From Heptranchias perlo (taxonomy: Eukaryota), in NCBI RefSeq assembly GCF_035084215.1, contig NC_090336.1:29450001-29514000 (forward strand): a DNA stretch of 64,000 bases. The letters are read 5' to 3'. The position numbers and the translations under genes are program-made. The notes below the pieces were generated by a model, which saw only the letters and a list, made by a program, of their open reading frames with translations, made no database searches and was not told where the DNA came from. Shown here one piece after another: positions 23,258 through 36,499 of the stretch (position 1 is its first letter; every line of letters starts with the position of its first letter).

Positions 23258-25415
23258 CATTCCACTCATCCAACGAGCGAGCACAAGAACAGCAATTACA
23301 AGGAGAGGCTAATGGATTTCTGAGTGTTTTTTAAAAATGCTATAATGTGATTATTTAAGCTACAATTTCGGTAGGCTGGTGGCAGAACACGTCAGGGCCC
23401 TAATGTGTGATGCCACAGTGAAAGTCTGATCCTCTACTTCATTAAATTCCCAGTTTCATCCATGCCTCATGGAAGGTCATTGCCACAGGAGAGGGAAGTG
23501 AGGAAAGAATGGGAGGGGAGTTGTCACTGGAACTTCCTGGTTGTTGGCTCACACCTGGGAGAAGGTTGAAATCTTGGCTGCAGGAAGTGTTTGCTCCAAT
23601 TAAATAGGGAGGGGAAAAAAGGGATAAATTAGAAAGTAATGACCACTGAAACAAAAAAGCGGCAAATTGCAGTTCCTAAATTTTGAAGAATTGCACAATT
23701 TAAAAAGTAAATGTTCAATTATATATGACTCAAATCAAATGTGACTTTAACTTTTCTTGAGATTAATTCCTCTCTTTACTATACCATTTATGTATCTGTT
23801 TTGTCTGTTCAAAATTTCATTAAAAAGAAAGCATTGGCCCATTGTGTTCGAAGTATCTTTTATGGGGGTTTCTTCGATGGTTCAGTGAGTAGTGGAACCT
23901 CTAGATCAGGAGGTTTCCAGATCTCTGGTCCTAACCCTAGACTTTCCCCACCCCACTGCTGATTGGTTGGTTTAAATGCTTCCCCTCCCCTCTGATTACC
24001 CTCTCCATTAGACCATTGTTGCTATTTTGGTTCAGGTAAAGGATATTCCTTTGGTTTAGACTTTTGTTCCAGAACTCACACTCTAATGGCCCAAAAATGT
24101 GAACAATTCCCACATCCACGAGCCCTGCAGCCGCAGATTAACCTTTCTAATCTACTGCTTCTTAACATATCCAACATGAGGCTATGGAAGCAATCTACAA
24201 ATTCCCCTTGAAGTTTTGTTTCTCAATCTTGTGTCTAAATCCTTAATTACCCTCTATCTATGTCATAGGTTCTGACTTGGGCACAACGTTTGTCTGTTTT
24301 CCCTCCTTTCCCAGATATTTTCCCACCTGTTTCACGATCTCCTTCATGCTCTCAGTCATGACTGTATTTTAAAAAGCTGTTTATGACCCTGACTATAGAA
24401 TTTCCCACCACTGCCACTCCCCTTTTCTTGTGGTCCACGTGTCATTCACCTTTCCCTGCCCCACCCCAGCTGGTCCCTCAGTGTTACAAAAGGCTAACTT
24501 CCTTTGAGCCACTCTACCTCACAGTTGACCAGCATCATAGGCTGATTCTGCAGTCAAGCCAAAAAAATGGGCCACAATCCTTTCGCATGCGTACGCACCG
24601 AGTCATCCTATGCTCAGGGAGAGTTCAGTCATCAGGGATGGACGGGGGGCAGCATTTTTCTTCATAGGCTGTCCCACAAAACAAAAAGGCGGCAGGAGCT
24701 CTTTGAACAGTAAAGAGCTGGGGGGTTTTATTAGAGGAGGTGGCCCTGATTAAATTTTAGGGGAACAGGGAGTAGTCAATCATGCAAATGCTGTGCATTA
24801 GTTCTATTTGGAGGATTTCACTCTTCTTTTATAAAAGGACAAAAGTCCAAAGTTGTTGACATTTTCAGATGTCCAGACCAAATCCCAAGCCTAGACCTTC
24901 AAGCTGGTCCCACATCCACCATTGGCCAGGCTGCAGCCTCTGTGCCTGACAATACTCCATCACATTAGAGTCTTCAAATGATAAGTAGCTATTTATATAT
25001 TAAATTTGCTATAATTTTTTACTGTATTGAACTGCACATCTCACTCAGCAGTCACAGGACACCAATGAGGAGAATGGTGCAGCATAGTGCATTCTACTGA
25101 GATTGTATACTTACCCTGTGCTGTTCATGATCTGGGAGTGCCTGATGTTGACACCAGAGTCATGATTTTAACATGGCGGCAGGATCTCACCGGGGGGGGG
25201 GGGGTCAATAATCGGGTGGGAAACCCAGAGAAAAAAATTGTGTGGTTTCCCGAGTGGTCGTGATTCAATTGAAGCCACTTAACTCAACTTCCGGGTTTCT
25301 CGTCCCCAAGCTGCGCAGCAGGTAGACTGCGCACATGTCTGACGCATTTAAAGCCCACTATTTAAAAGGGCACTCCAACAATGCACTTTGAAGAAGAAAG
25401 GAGGCTACAATAACA

Positions 25416-25652
25416 ATGCAACATTCCAGAGCCAAGCCAGCACCTAGGTTCACCGACGCTGCTCTGGAGACATTGCTGGGTGCACTGAGAAGCAGGAGGG
25501 AGGTGCTTTATCCACCAGACAGCAGTAAGAAACCTGGTTCTGTCACAAAGGCATGGTTAGAGGTGGCAGAACAGGTCAGCAGCAGGAGCACGGTGTCCCG
25601 GTCATGGCTGCAATGCAGAAAGAGATTTAATGACCTAACCAGGTCAGGAAAA
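25416..25652 (+). CDS. Harbinger Myb/SANT-like exon 1 (79 codons, open; downstream exons disrupted)
   Basis: MQHSRAKPAPRFTDAALETLLGAL...AWLEVAEQVSS...SWLQCRKRFNDLTRSGK|gtgagt, with TATTTAAA near 25359. Confidence 0.7.
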
Positions 25653-27614
25653 GTGAGTACAATTACTGATTGACCTGCATTCTGTGATGAACATTCCCCC
25701 GCTCAATGTGAAGCCTACACCATCACATCACTCCTCATACCCACTTAAGACTCAGTGTCGAGTTACCTTCACTTTCTGTGCACTTCTTCACCCTCCAATT
25801 TTTGCACCACCACTCCCACTCACTCCAATCCTGATCCAATGTGATCAATCTGTCTGATCGTCACCCTCTGACTTCATTGTCACCCTGACCCAAAACAATG
25901 CATCCATCGGGTGACCACTTCACCCTCAATAACTCACACCTCTGTACTTCCTCCCCTTGTAGAAAAGAGCACAAAATGCAAGGGAGAGGGCGAGGACTGG
26001 AGGGGGGCCTCCAGAAATAGTGGCCCTCACAGAGGAGTTGGAGATAAGTTGTACGGTGGAGTGCCTGGCAGTGGGGGATGCCGAGACTGGCACCCTACAA
26101 ACATCTGGTGACAGAGCTTTAACATCCCTCACACACAACATGGATTGATGTTATCCATGTTGATCTGTGGCACACCTCAGTATGCTCATCGCAACGTTAC
26201 TTCGGCGATGATTATTAATATTGCTGTATATTCTCTTCCGAGGCATCGTGGACTGAAGACATGGTCAAAGGCGATTCCTCAGAGGAGCTCCCGGCCTCTG
26301 AGGGTGCACCATCACATCTTAGCGAGCTATCCACCAGCGCAGATACTCACACCTCAATGGGTCCTATTAGAGAAGTAGTTGGGTTGTCATCTGGTGAGTC
26401 AATACATACAAGTGAGCATGAGCAGACAGTGGTGGCAGGAGCAGCGGTAGAGAATCCGCGTCAGTGGGCGCACTCCTCTCCAGGCTTTGCTCAGCTTGGC
26501 ACAGATGCGGAACCCCAGGGGCCAGCCTTAAGAAACAGAATGATAGAGAGACAGGAGCAACTTTGCGAGGGAGTGGAAAACTTGCCATGCACACTCACCA
26601 CAATAGTGGAGAGGATGGAGGATTGGATGGCACAGGTAAGTGGGAAATGTCTGCGATGGAGAGAAGGCTAACCTCCAGTGAGCTTCTAGCACGGCTCACA
26701 AATGAGTCCATTCAGGCCCTAGCAATGACTCAGGGTGAAATACATTCTGCTGCCTTAGACAGGCAAATAGATACATTAGCACTGGCCTTACAAGGCATCA
26801 CACATGTCCTCCAAACTGTTGTCCAGCAGAGTGGTAGGAGAGAGATGATGGCAAAAGGGGACATGGAAGTGGGGACACCACTCAAAGCGCTCCCATGTCT
26901 CACCCGTTGCCCCCCTCCTCAATCAGAACCCGCAATGCTGCCTCCTCTCCCGATGGCCGAGTCTGCCCCTGCACAGGTGTAGATGGAGCAGTCTTTGGAG
27001 GGGCCCTCACGGGCTCCAAAACCCAGAGGGCGTAGGCCGAAAGCATCTAAGCAGTATGGACATGAATCTGAGCTACCTGCCACTACCTCTGCTGCAGTCA
27101 CAGGGGATGCAGCACGTAGAAGTGTTAAGAAGAGGAAGTCTAAGGTTTTGTAATCACCAAGGGTATGCACAAGGATACCTGGTAGAATGTCATGTTTTTC
27201 ATTTATATTTGGTTTATGTTAAATTCACATTAAATGTTATGATTCTCACCACCACTACCACATCTTGCCCATTCTTGAGTCCCTTTTGTGAAAGCACACT
27301 TTCATGTGGTTGCTCATGAATGGCAAGACTTGATGCCACCTAGTGGGTGGATTTGCAATGGTGTATGTGTCGTTGTATGACTGTTTTGTGCAACCTGGCT
27401 GAGGGGGTGGGGGGTTGTGGTTGTGGAGGTCCTTACAGGTGGTCTGAGTACTTGGCTGTAGTCACTTTGCTGATCTCCCTATGAGAATCTATCAAATATG
27501 AGTGATTGCCTGGCATGAGGAACAGCCAGGTGAGATGCTGCTCAGGCAATGGTTCGTCCTCCTCATCTTCACCTTGCTTGTCTTCTTCTTCAATGTTGAT
27601 GGCAGGTGCGGCTG

Positions 27615-28410
27615 CTTCATTTAGTACCTCAGCCATACCCTCTGCCTCCACAAGAAGATCTCCTTTTTTGTCCCTAATTGGCACCATCCTTCCTTTGACT
27701 ACCCTTTTACTATTTATATATTTATAAAAGACTTTTGAGTTCCCTTTTATGTTAGCTGCTAATCTATTCTCATAGTCTCTCTTTGCCCCTTTTTTTGGTC
27801 TCCTCTGTACTTTCTGTATTATGAACCTTACATTTATCATAAGCCTCCTTTATACTGTTTCATTTTAATCTCTATATCTTTAGTCATCCAGGGAGCTCTA
27901 GCTTTGGATGTCCTTCCTTTCCCCCTCGTGAGAATGTGTCTACTCAGTACCCGAACCATCTCCTCCTTGAAGGCTTCCCATTGCTCAATTACTGTTTTAT
28001 CTACCAATTTATGATTCCAATCCATCAGGGCAAGATCCCCTTTTCACATACTGAAATTAGCCCTCGTCCAGTTAAGTATTTTTATGCTTGATTGTTTCTT
28101 GTGCCCATTGGGCAGTCGAGCCTCCCACGGTGCCATGGATTTGCTTCTCACCGCACTCCCCCGAGGTGACATCACCCTCACTGGTACTCAACACTGAATA
28201 CCGGTTTGTGAGTGCAACATTCCCAGGGAATTCCTGCACTGCCTGCCTCTTCCTCCTAGTCTGTCTGGTGGTCACCCACACCCTCTCCTCCTGAACACTC
28301 TGTAGCTGCGAGGTGACCACCTCCTGAAACGTCCTATCCACAAAACTCTCAGCTTCCCATATGCACCGTAGTGATACCAGCCACCCGTCAAGCTCAGAAA
28401 CTCCAAGCTC
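27615..28410 (-). mobile_element. CR1/HER1-like LINE fragment (ORF1 piece plus ORF2 linker), nested in the Harbinger
   Basis: VALTNRYSVL (ORF1-like), W..FKEEM...APWMTKDI, and AKRDYENRLAANIKGNSKVFYKYINSKR. Confidence 0.8.
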
Positions 28411-28899
28411 GAGCTCGATGAACTTGTGAGGAAGCCAGCAAGGCCTGCTAAGGAAAATTAGATAAACTTTCCTTAGTGGGGCCTGGAGGAGCAGGAATTC
28501 CCCCCTCTCTGGACTTACCTTGCTGCTGTTAGTTTTCTCCTGAAACGACCAAGCAGTTTACTGATAGCATTCAAATGAGGCCCAACAGTTAAGATCTGCC
28601 GGACCTCCAACTCACACTCTCACACAGGATTGCCATCCACTCCCGCTGGCTTTCCACCGGAAGTTAAAATCGTCCCACAAGGTGACCTTCACCTGTCAGT
28701 ACGGCAATGTGTAGTTTCTGCACCATATAAAGAACAGCCAACAGAAACCAAAATTTACCCTGTGTGTACTGTTACTAGTAGCAGATGCAGCAATACCCAA
28801 TATTGGGCATGATGTGATTAACCATTCTATGGGACTGATACCCCTTTATGCAATGAAGGCCCATGGTGGATTTAGATGAAGATTTTACCTATATGAGTC

Positions 28900-30560
28900 T
28901 GCCTGAGGTTTCTTGAGGTCTGCACAGGTTGTTCTGTAGCCAGTCCTTCTGTGTCCTCCTGCTCGCAGGAGTCTTCTGTTTATGATGAGTTTGCATCCTC
29001 ATGTAATGATTCCATCTGGATGCCTCTCTCCGGGGCAAAATGGTGCAGCATGTTGGACACCACGATTATGTTTGCAGTACTATATTGCGGCATGCCCCAA
29101 TCGGATAAGGCACCTGAAGCAATGTTTCAGGATCCATATAGTATGCTTGATGATGATTCTGGTAGCTGCATGTGTCTTCTTGTAGTGATTCACAGCCAGA
29201 GTTTGTGCATGTCTAACAGGTGTCATTAGCCATGGTTGCAAAGAGTATTCTTGGTGTCTTAACAGCCAACCGTACAATAGTCTTTCTGATCCAAATAATT
29301 GATTGCCTGAGGCTGAAGGTGCTGTGCCTGCTGATGGGATAGTGGGCAATGACATTTCTGATTCACTGCTCATGGTCACACACAAAATGCAAATTGAAGA
29401 AGTTATATCCTTATGTTTTATGTAGGCATAGAAGTTGTGGCCAGGCACCTGTAGGGCCATATATATTTCATTTATGAACTCAGGAGAATACAGGCGTGTC
29501 AAAGAAATTCACATTGTGACCGTGCTGCTTTTATAGGGCTCTGATGAGACCACACCTGGAGTATTGTGTACAGTTTTGGTCTCCATACCTAAGAAAGGAT
29601 ATACTTGCCTTAGAGCGGGTGCAACGAAAGTTCACTAGATTGATTCCTGGGATGAGAGGGTTGTCCTGTGAGGAGAGATTGAGTAGAATGGGCCTATATT
29701 CTCTGGAATTTAGAAGAATGAAAGGTGATCTCATTGAAACACATAAAATTCTTAGAGGACTTGACAGGGTAGATGCTGAGAGGCTGTTTCCCTGGCTGAA
29801 GAGTCTAGAATTAGGGGTCATAGTCTCAAGATAAGGGATCGGCCATTTAGGCCGAGATGAGGAAAAATTTCTTCACTCAGGGGCTGTGAGTCTTTGAAAT
29901 TCTCTACCCCAGAGGGCTGTGGATACTCAGTCATTGAATATATTCAAGACTCAGATCAACAGGTTTTCAGACACTAAAGGAATCCAAGGATATGGGGATA
30001 GGGCAGGAAAGTGGAGTTGAGGTAGAAGATCAGCGATGATCTTATTGAATGGCGGAGCAGGCTGGAGGGGCCATATGGCCTACTCCTGCTTCTTTTTCTT
30101 ATGCTCTTATGATCTTATGCTGCTGCTCACAGTCCATTGTATGGGGACAGAGATTATTTGGCTGGTTTTCATGAAATCATCTGGTACATGGATCTATGGG
30201 CAGCAGACTGCCCAGGTGGCATGATATACCCAGTGGACTCTTAGAAGGATCTATATATATATAAAAATTGAGGGCTGTGATCACCTTCACAATCACTGGC
30301 AGTGAAGTTCCTGAGCTAGAGAGTAACTGCAGATCTGACTCTTAAACCATTCAGCACAACTTTGCCGCAGCCTTCCCGCTGAAGTACAACCTGCAAAGGT
30401 ACTGTTGCACTGACATATTGACATACTATTGCCTCAGTTGATATCTGCAGCTTGGGGAGTAGTTAATGACGCAGTAAATGGACCTGTGATGCAATTTGAC
30501 CTGCTGCCCATGCCTGCTTCACGCATCCTCTTCTTTCTCCAAGAAACATAAATACTTTGC
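28900..30560 (-). mobile_element. Old Harbinger transposase remnant interrupted by CR1
   Basis: LYGWLL...YSLQPWLMTPVR...HAATRIIIKHTIWILKHCFRCL (29080-29502), with degenerate upstream motifs at 30120-30400. Confidence 0.7.
29530..30120 (+). mobile_element. CR1/HER1-like LINE 3' end
   Basis: RPHLEYCVQFWSPYLRKDILALERVQRKFTRLIPGM...GDLIETHKIL, followed by the conserved CR1 3' tail. Confidence 0.9.
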
Positions 30561-30992
30561 GATTCCCATAGGGTAGTCCGTGCTAGCACTTTCCAAGTAA
30601 GGGCAAATAAATTGTTGCAAAGTACAAATCAGCCCTTATCGATACTTCTGAGAGGCAAACAGATGAAATACAACTTGCAAAGAACAATTTCCAGATTAGG
30701 TTATTGGGCTGGTCATACAGTGGACTGCAGCTTTAAAAGAAATCTGTGCTCGCTTTCGACTTTTCAATGGTCAACACTTGCACACAGTGTACGACCTGTG
30801 AGAAATGTGAAAGTATGCATGTTCCCCTCAGCAACTCATTAGTCTGCTTATATTAATATTTAAATCAGCAGCTTGCCGCCCCAACACTGACTTTACAGTG
30901 CTACTGTTAGTGTAAAGCCCATCCTAATGAGTTCAACATAAGGCAGGCACATAATGCATTTCCATTCTGAGCCACACAGAGTAGGGAACGCA

Positions 30993-31241
30993 AAGAACGT
31001 AATGCAATGTACTGTATCTGTAACCGGTAATGACTGTAATGCAAGGAGGCACCCTTGGGTGCCATGAATGCTATTTACAATGGTGCGTAACTATTGATTG
31101 TACCGAGACCGTTGATTTGTACTGTATGTACTGTTGCAAATTGTATGACCTGTATTGTATTGTTTGAAGCATGACTTGAATTGTATTGTATGTACCTTTA
31201 CAAATTTTATGAATAAAGTTTATTTTGAAATATTAAAAAAA
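30993..31241 (+). mobile_element. 5'-truncated poly(A) retroposon (L1/Tx1-type 3' UTR) with 15-bp TSD
   Basis: AGAGTAGGGAACGCA duplicated at 30978-30992 and 31242-31256, with AATAAA and an A-tail just before the second copy. Confidence 0.85.
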
Positions 31242-31899
31242 AGAGTAGGGAACGCACAGGTCAACGGAGAGATGACTGACTTGTAGCATTACGATAGAGC
31301 ATTTTTCAGCTCTGGGAATCAAATGTAGTACCTGCTTGACTTAATTGTTAATCCAACCAACACTCTGTAAATAAGGGTTATCACCTGCCGATAATCTTTA
31401 TTGACAAGTCCTCAGTCTTATGCATTTTGAAAACCAAAGGTCAAAAGTAGAAAGGTGGGGTTAAATGCTGTGAGACATTTCTTCACTGTGATTGGTGGAA
31501 GTTTGGAGGATGAGTAAACCTGCCTGTGTCGAAAGTATAGTGCTGAAAGCTCAAAACGGGGACCATCGCTCTTTGAGCAGTACGACTGCCTGTGCTGCAA
31601 TGAGCTGACCTTGAGCCATTAAGCAAGCCTCTGACCTCTTCACTGTTTAGACGAGTGTGTGTTGTGCCAGTAAGAATGCTCGACCCCTCTCCCTGTCGTC
31701 ATGAATAGAATTGAATTGTCTACCGCCAGACATTTCTGTACTTGCTACCTGCCCTGACTGCTAACCGATCTCTGAAAGCTGGTGTAGTTTTTGCCGGCCT
31801 TCGAGCTCCCACCCCCTCCTCCCACTGAGATGATTTTCAGACCACTGCCCCCGACAGGATTTTCCAGGCCTGAAAGAAATGCAGTTCGCTTAATAGCAG

Positions 31900-32830
31900 C
31901 CCCCCACTCACCTCGTCTCCCCTCTCTCTTCCCCATCCCTACACCTGTCTCCTATCCCCGTCTCCTGTTCTCTGCCCCATCCCCATCATCATCCCCTATC
32001 CCGCTTCCACATCCCCTTTTCCATGTCCCGCTACTTTGTCCCCTTTCCCATTCTCCTCCTCTCCCCACCCTCCTCTCCCTATCCCTCTCTCCCCTCCACT
32101 GCCCCTCCATCCTCCTCGACATTCTTCCTTCTTAACAACAATGTCCATTTGCACTGTTCACGTACAAAAACATCCCAAGGCACTTCACATCAATATAATC
32201 AGAAAAAAATTAACACTGAGCTAAAGGAGGATCTATAAGGAGGGGTGACTAAAAGATTGATCAGAGGTAGGTTTTAAAAAGGGTCTTAAAGGAGGAAAGT
32301 GACGTGGAATGGCAGTCAGGTTTAGGAAGGCAATCCCAACACTTAGGGTCTATTCAGCTGAAGACACGGCAGCCAATGATGAGATGAAGGGAGAGGTGGC
32401 TGCACAAGAGACCAGGGTTGGAGGAATGGCGATTTCTCGGAGGGTTTGTAGGGTTGGAGAAGGTTACAGAGAAAGGAAGGGGTGAGGCTATGAAGAGATT
32501 TGAAAAAGAAGATGAGAATTTTAAATTGGAGGCACTTGGGGGACCAGAAACCAGTGCAAGTCAGTGAGCTCTCTTAGCCTCTTCCCATCCTCTCCCCTCG
32601 CCATCCTCCTCTCCTCCTCTCCTAAACCTATCCTCTCCCTCTTCCTTCTCCCGCTCTCCTTCTCCCCCTTTCCCTTCTCTCCCTCTTCCGTGTCCCACCA
32701 CTTCTTTCCCTTCCTCCTCTCCCTTCCACTCTCTTTCCATTCCCCAACCCCCATCTGCCTCTTCCCCCTTCCATGCCCTCTCCCCCACCTTGATCCCGTA
32801 ATTCCAACCCTCACCCCTGCCATCCAACGC
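31900..32830 (-). repeat. Pyrimidine-rich low-complexity tracts flanking an L2 3' fragment (about 32130-32565)
   Basis: C/T-rich simple sequence. The central part is reverse-complement similar to the L2 3' region at 38160-38580. Confidence 0.7.
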
Positions 32831-33789
32831 TGCTTGACATGAATACAGCACCAGGGCTTTTCCCGTGAGCAACACTATTGAAGATGAACTAGTTATTTAT
32901 TATATTTAACTGGGCCTCTCATTCAGAAGAGTCACAGGACAGCTGGTGTGAAGAATGGAAAATCTCCCACTGATGTAGCATAGTGCACTCCACTGAGACT
33001 GTGTCTGGGCTGCATTGTTAGGACAGAGTGGAGAGATTTTTACAGTGTGTTTACCCTGTGCTGTACTTGATCTGGGAGTGCCTGATGCTGACACCAGAGG
33101 CCTGATATGGTAAATTGTTCCATTTCCCACCATTAACATCCTTCCAAGTTCAGCCCAATAATTTTTAAAGTCTACTTTTTTAAAAATCACATTCAGAAAT
33201 AAAAACGCTAAATTATACAATGTACTCTATTAATTATCTTTTTGGTTACATGGCTGGTGTTCTTGTTAAAAAAGCAACCAAAGCTCTTGAAGAGCCAGTG
33301 TCTGATTGGTTATTTACTTTCCACTAATCATTCCTATCAACTCAGTGCAGGTTAAATATTTGATACGCAGCTTTATAAACTGTAAAGTACGTCATCTGCA
33401 AGCTGAGAGCTAACTCTGGGTTCAGGAAAGGTTTAAAAGGATTTTTTAAAGATCTCAACAGTGAGTATCGAGTAGAAATCATAATTTGTCAAAGGTTTGA
33501 ATATTTTGCAATTAAAGGTTTAATGTTTTCTGGCCATCAATGAAGGGAAATTTGTTTTTATGCTGCAATTTTTAGATTATAATTGTTTCAAACATAATTT
33601 AAAGTATGGCATGTTTTACTTATTTGTGAATCGTCTTATTGAAAATGGAACCTTCCAAAAAACGAATGAATGAATTTTGGAAGAATCAATCTGAAACTCC
33701 CTGTGAAGCCTGGAACAAAGGCAGAAAATGGCAAATTGGAAATCGGTTTTTAATTGAGCTCTATTTTTAGCAGCTAGGAAGAAAGGAAT

Positions 33790-34845
33790 ACAGTGCAGTA
33801 ATAGGGTAGATAATCAAGCTGAATACATAAAGTACAGAGGAGATTTAAAAAAGGGAATGAGGGGCAAAGAGAGAGTATGAGAATAGATTAGTGGCTAACA
33901 TAAATGGGAACCCAAAGGTCTTTTATAAACATATAAATAGTAAAAGGCTAGTCAAAGGAAGGGTGGAACCAATTAGGGACAAAAAAGGAGTTCTTCTCTT
34001 GGAGACAGAGGGCATGGCTGAGGCACCAAATGAATACTTTGCATCCGTCTTCACTAGAGAAGAGGATTGTACCTTTGTAGCAGTAAAGGAGGAGGTAGTA
34101 GTGATATTGGATAGGATAAAAATAGATAAAGAGGAGGTACTTAAAAGATTGGCAGTACTCAAAGTAGAAAAGTCACCCAGCCCAGGTGGGATGCATCCTA
34201 GGTTACTGAGGGAAGTACAGGTGGAAATTGCGGAGGCTCTGGCCACAATCTTCCAATCCTCCTTAGATATGGGGTTGGTGCCGATGGACTGAAGGATTGC
34301 AAATGTCACACCCCTGTTCAAAAAAGGGGCGAGGGATAAACCCGGCAATTACAGGCCAGTCAGTCTAACGTCGATGGTGAGGAAACCTTTAGAGACAATA
34401 ATCTAGGACAAAATTAATTGGCACTTGGAAAAGTATGGGTTAATAAATGAAAGTTAGCACGGATTTGTTAAAGGAAAATCGTGTTTGACTCACTTGTTTG
34501 AGTTCTTTGATGAAGTAATGGAGGAGGTTAATGAGGGTAGTGCAGTTGATGTGTATATGGACTTTCAAAGTGCGTTTGATAAAGTACCACATAATGGACT
34601 TGTTAGCAAAATTAAAGCCCGTGGGATTAAAGGGAAAGTGGCAGGGTGGATACAAAATTGGCTAAGGGACAGAAAGCAGAGAGTAGTGGTGAACGGTTGT
34701 TTTTCAGACTGGAGGGAAGTATACAGTGGTGTTCCCCAGGAGTCGATATTAGGACCACTGCTCTTTTTGATATATAGTAATGACCTGGACTTGGGTATAG
34801 AGGGTATAATTTCAGAGTTTTCAGATGACTCGAAACTGGAGGGGA
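33790..34845 (+). mobile_element. CR1/HER1-like LINE ORF2 fragment (RT)
   Basis: NPKVFYKHINSKR, KSPSPGGMHPRLL, NYRPVSLTS, YMDFQSAFDKVPH, SGVPQESILGPLLF and FSDD motifs, with stops. Confidence 0.9.
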
Positions 34846-36164
34846 TGGGGGACGTGCCTAAATGGAAGCAGACAGGGGTGTGATTCAGAACACAGATTTG
34901 ACTGGGAGTCACGTCTACCACATTGAAACTGCATTTCCTAAGCAGTCAAGGCTACATTGTAAGACTGCCATCTATCCAGGCAGTAACTGTTGCCAGTACA
35001 GAAGTGACAACAGCTCTTACCCCCTCCTCCTAATGCCTGGCTGGCAGCTACATTGATCTCCTGGTCTGCCAGTCACCAAGGTCTTCCTCACTTCATGTCC
35101 TGCCTCCTTCATTGCATTGCAGATGTGGGTTCCGGACTCCTCCAATTGTCCTGTCATCAGAACCACGAGCAAGAGACTGTCTCCACTGTCTGCATGCGAG
35201 ACCATTGCTCCAGAATCATTGATTTTTAACAGCCTAGACAACTGAGATCTTGGTCTCGGATTCCTCAGCTGAGCACTCTTGCTAATGTCACCTCTGAGCA
35301 GAGACAGATGTCTCCCCAAATTTGCCTACCAGCTTCTCCTGCTCACTGCTGCTCTGGGATCCACCCAGTAATATCTAGTGTTTGTCAGGAATACCACCTC
35401 CCTGAATGGGTGTATCTGAGCTGTTGCTCGAGTAAACAAGATGCCTTCACAGAATGGGTGGATTAGGTGCATGAAGGGTCCTTGTGGAGGCACCAGACTG
35501 CTCTGATGCAGTCTGGCCCTTGCCCAGCTAGAGGTGGGTGGTAATTGCTGAAGTGTTAGGCACCAAGGTACTAAGAGAACTCAGTGAGGAGGCACAAAAC
35601 TAGTTCTGTGGCCAGGTGGAGGAGCAGCACAGTAGCTACTTCCCTGGTTTAGGGCTGACCAAACGGACAAGCAAGTGAATTAAGTAGCTATCAGGACTGG
35701 CCAGTCTAGCAAGCCAGGCCTCACTTTACAGAGGGCTGCATGGCACCAATTTGTGCCAGTCATTGTGAACCTGGAGTCATGCATAGCACATTATCAACAT
35801 GATCTGTAAAAACTCGCACAAAGCTCCCGTCTGCTGGAGGAGTGAGGCCTCCACATTGTGTAGCCTCCCACCTCACTTTGACTCTGAAAACACTCCATGC
35901 CAGGCCAACCCAGCAATTGATTTGTGGAACCCTTCAAATATGTGACACCATGAATGGGCACTGCATGATCATATGGGATGCTATATATGGGAGGCTGAAT
36001 TTGACAAATCCCCACACTATTTTACATAATATAAGCTGCAAGGTTGGTTTAGTGAGGCGCATTTCATTCAACAAGAAGGTGTGAGGGTGATGTAATTGTA
36101 AGTGATGTCACTAACAGAGCCACAGCTTTTTAGCATGCACTGAGAGTGATGTCATTGGGTGGCC

Positions 36165-36420
36165 CGGACCATGCGCAGAAGGATGACGTCACATGTTGAT
36201 CGAAAACCGGAAGTACCCACACCGTCACCAATTACTCCATCAAACTAAACACAGAGCTGTGGTGACTGATGGGGCATTGTGTGTGGGTCATGGATTGTTT
36301 TCAGGTTTGTTGGGTAGAAAGGGGGAGTCACCTTTTACGTTACAAAGTGGATAGTGACACTGTGTCCTAACTTCTGGATTTCAGGCCGTGCGATGACGTC
36401 ACTTGCCGCGCATGTGCCGG
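36165..36420 (+). promoter_or_regulatory. Probable promoter of the dioxygenase gene (CRE, ETS and NRF1-type motifs)
   Basis: Two perfect TGACGTCA (36184-36191, 36394-36401), CCGGAAGT (36207-36214), GCGCATGTGC (36408-36417) and CATGCGCA near 36170. Local CpG enrichment about 3 kb upstream of the first coding exon. Candidate first-exon donors at 36304 and 36471. Confidence 0.6.
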
Positions 36421-36499
36421 GCTTTCCGAGAAATCAACTCGCTACAGTTCATGCTCAAGAGCGTGATCCAGGTCTAACGGGATGGGGGGGGGGAAGGAG

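Larger units (their letters stand above)
25159..28676. mobile_element. Harbinger element with Myb/SANT gene (+), transposase C-terminal remnant (-) and nested CR1
   Basis: Ends GTCATGATTTTAAC / GGGACGATTTTAAC (reverse complement). Myb exon 25416-25652 and later exons run to 27151. Acidic transposase tail near 27433-27615. Confidence 0.8.

Noticed and set aside
31791-32875. Pro/Ser-rich and Gly/Glu-rich ORFs
   Set aside because: Artefacts of pyrimidine-rich low-complexity sequence.
34846-35800. Possible further Harbinger Myb-gene remnant on the minus strand
   Set aside because: The composition is suggestive, but I could not read a diagnostic motif or TIR.
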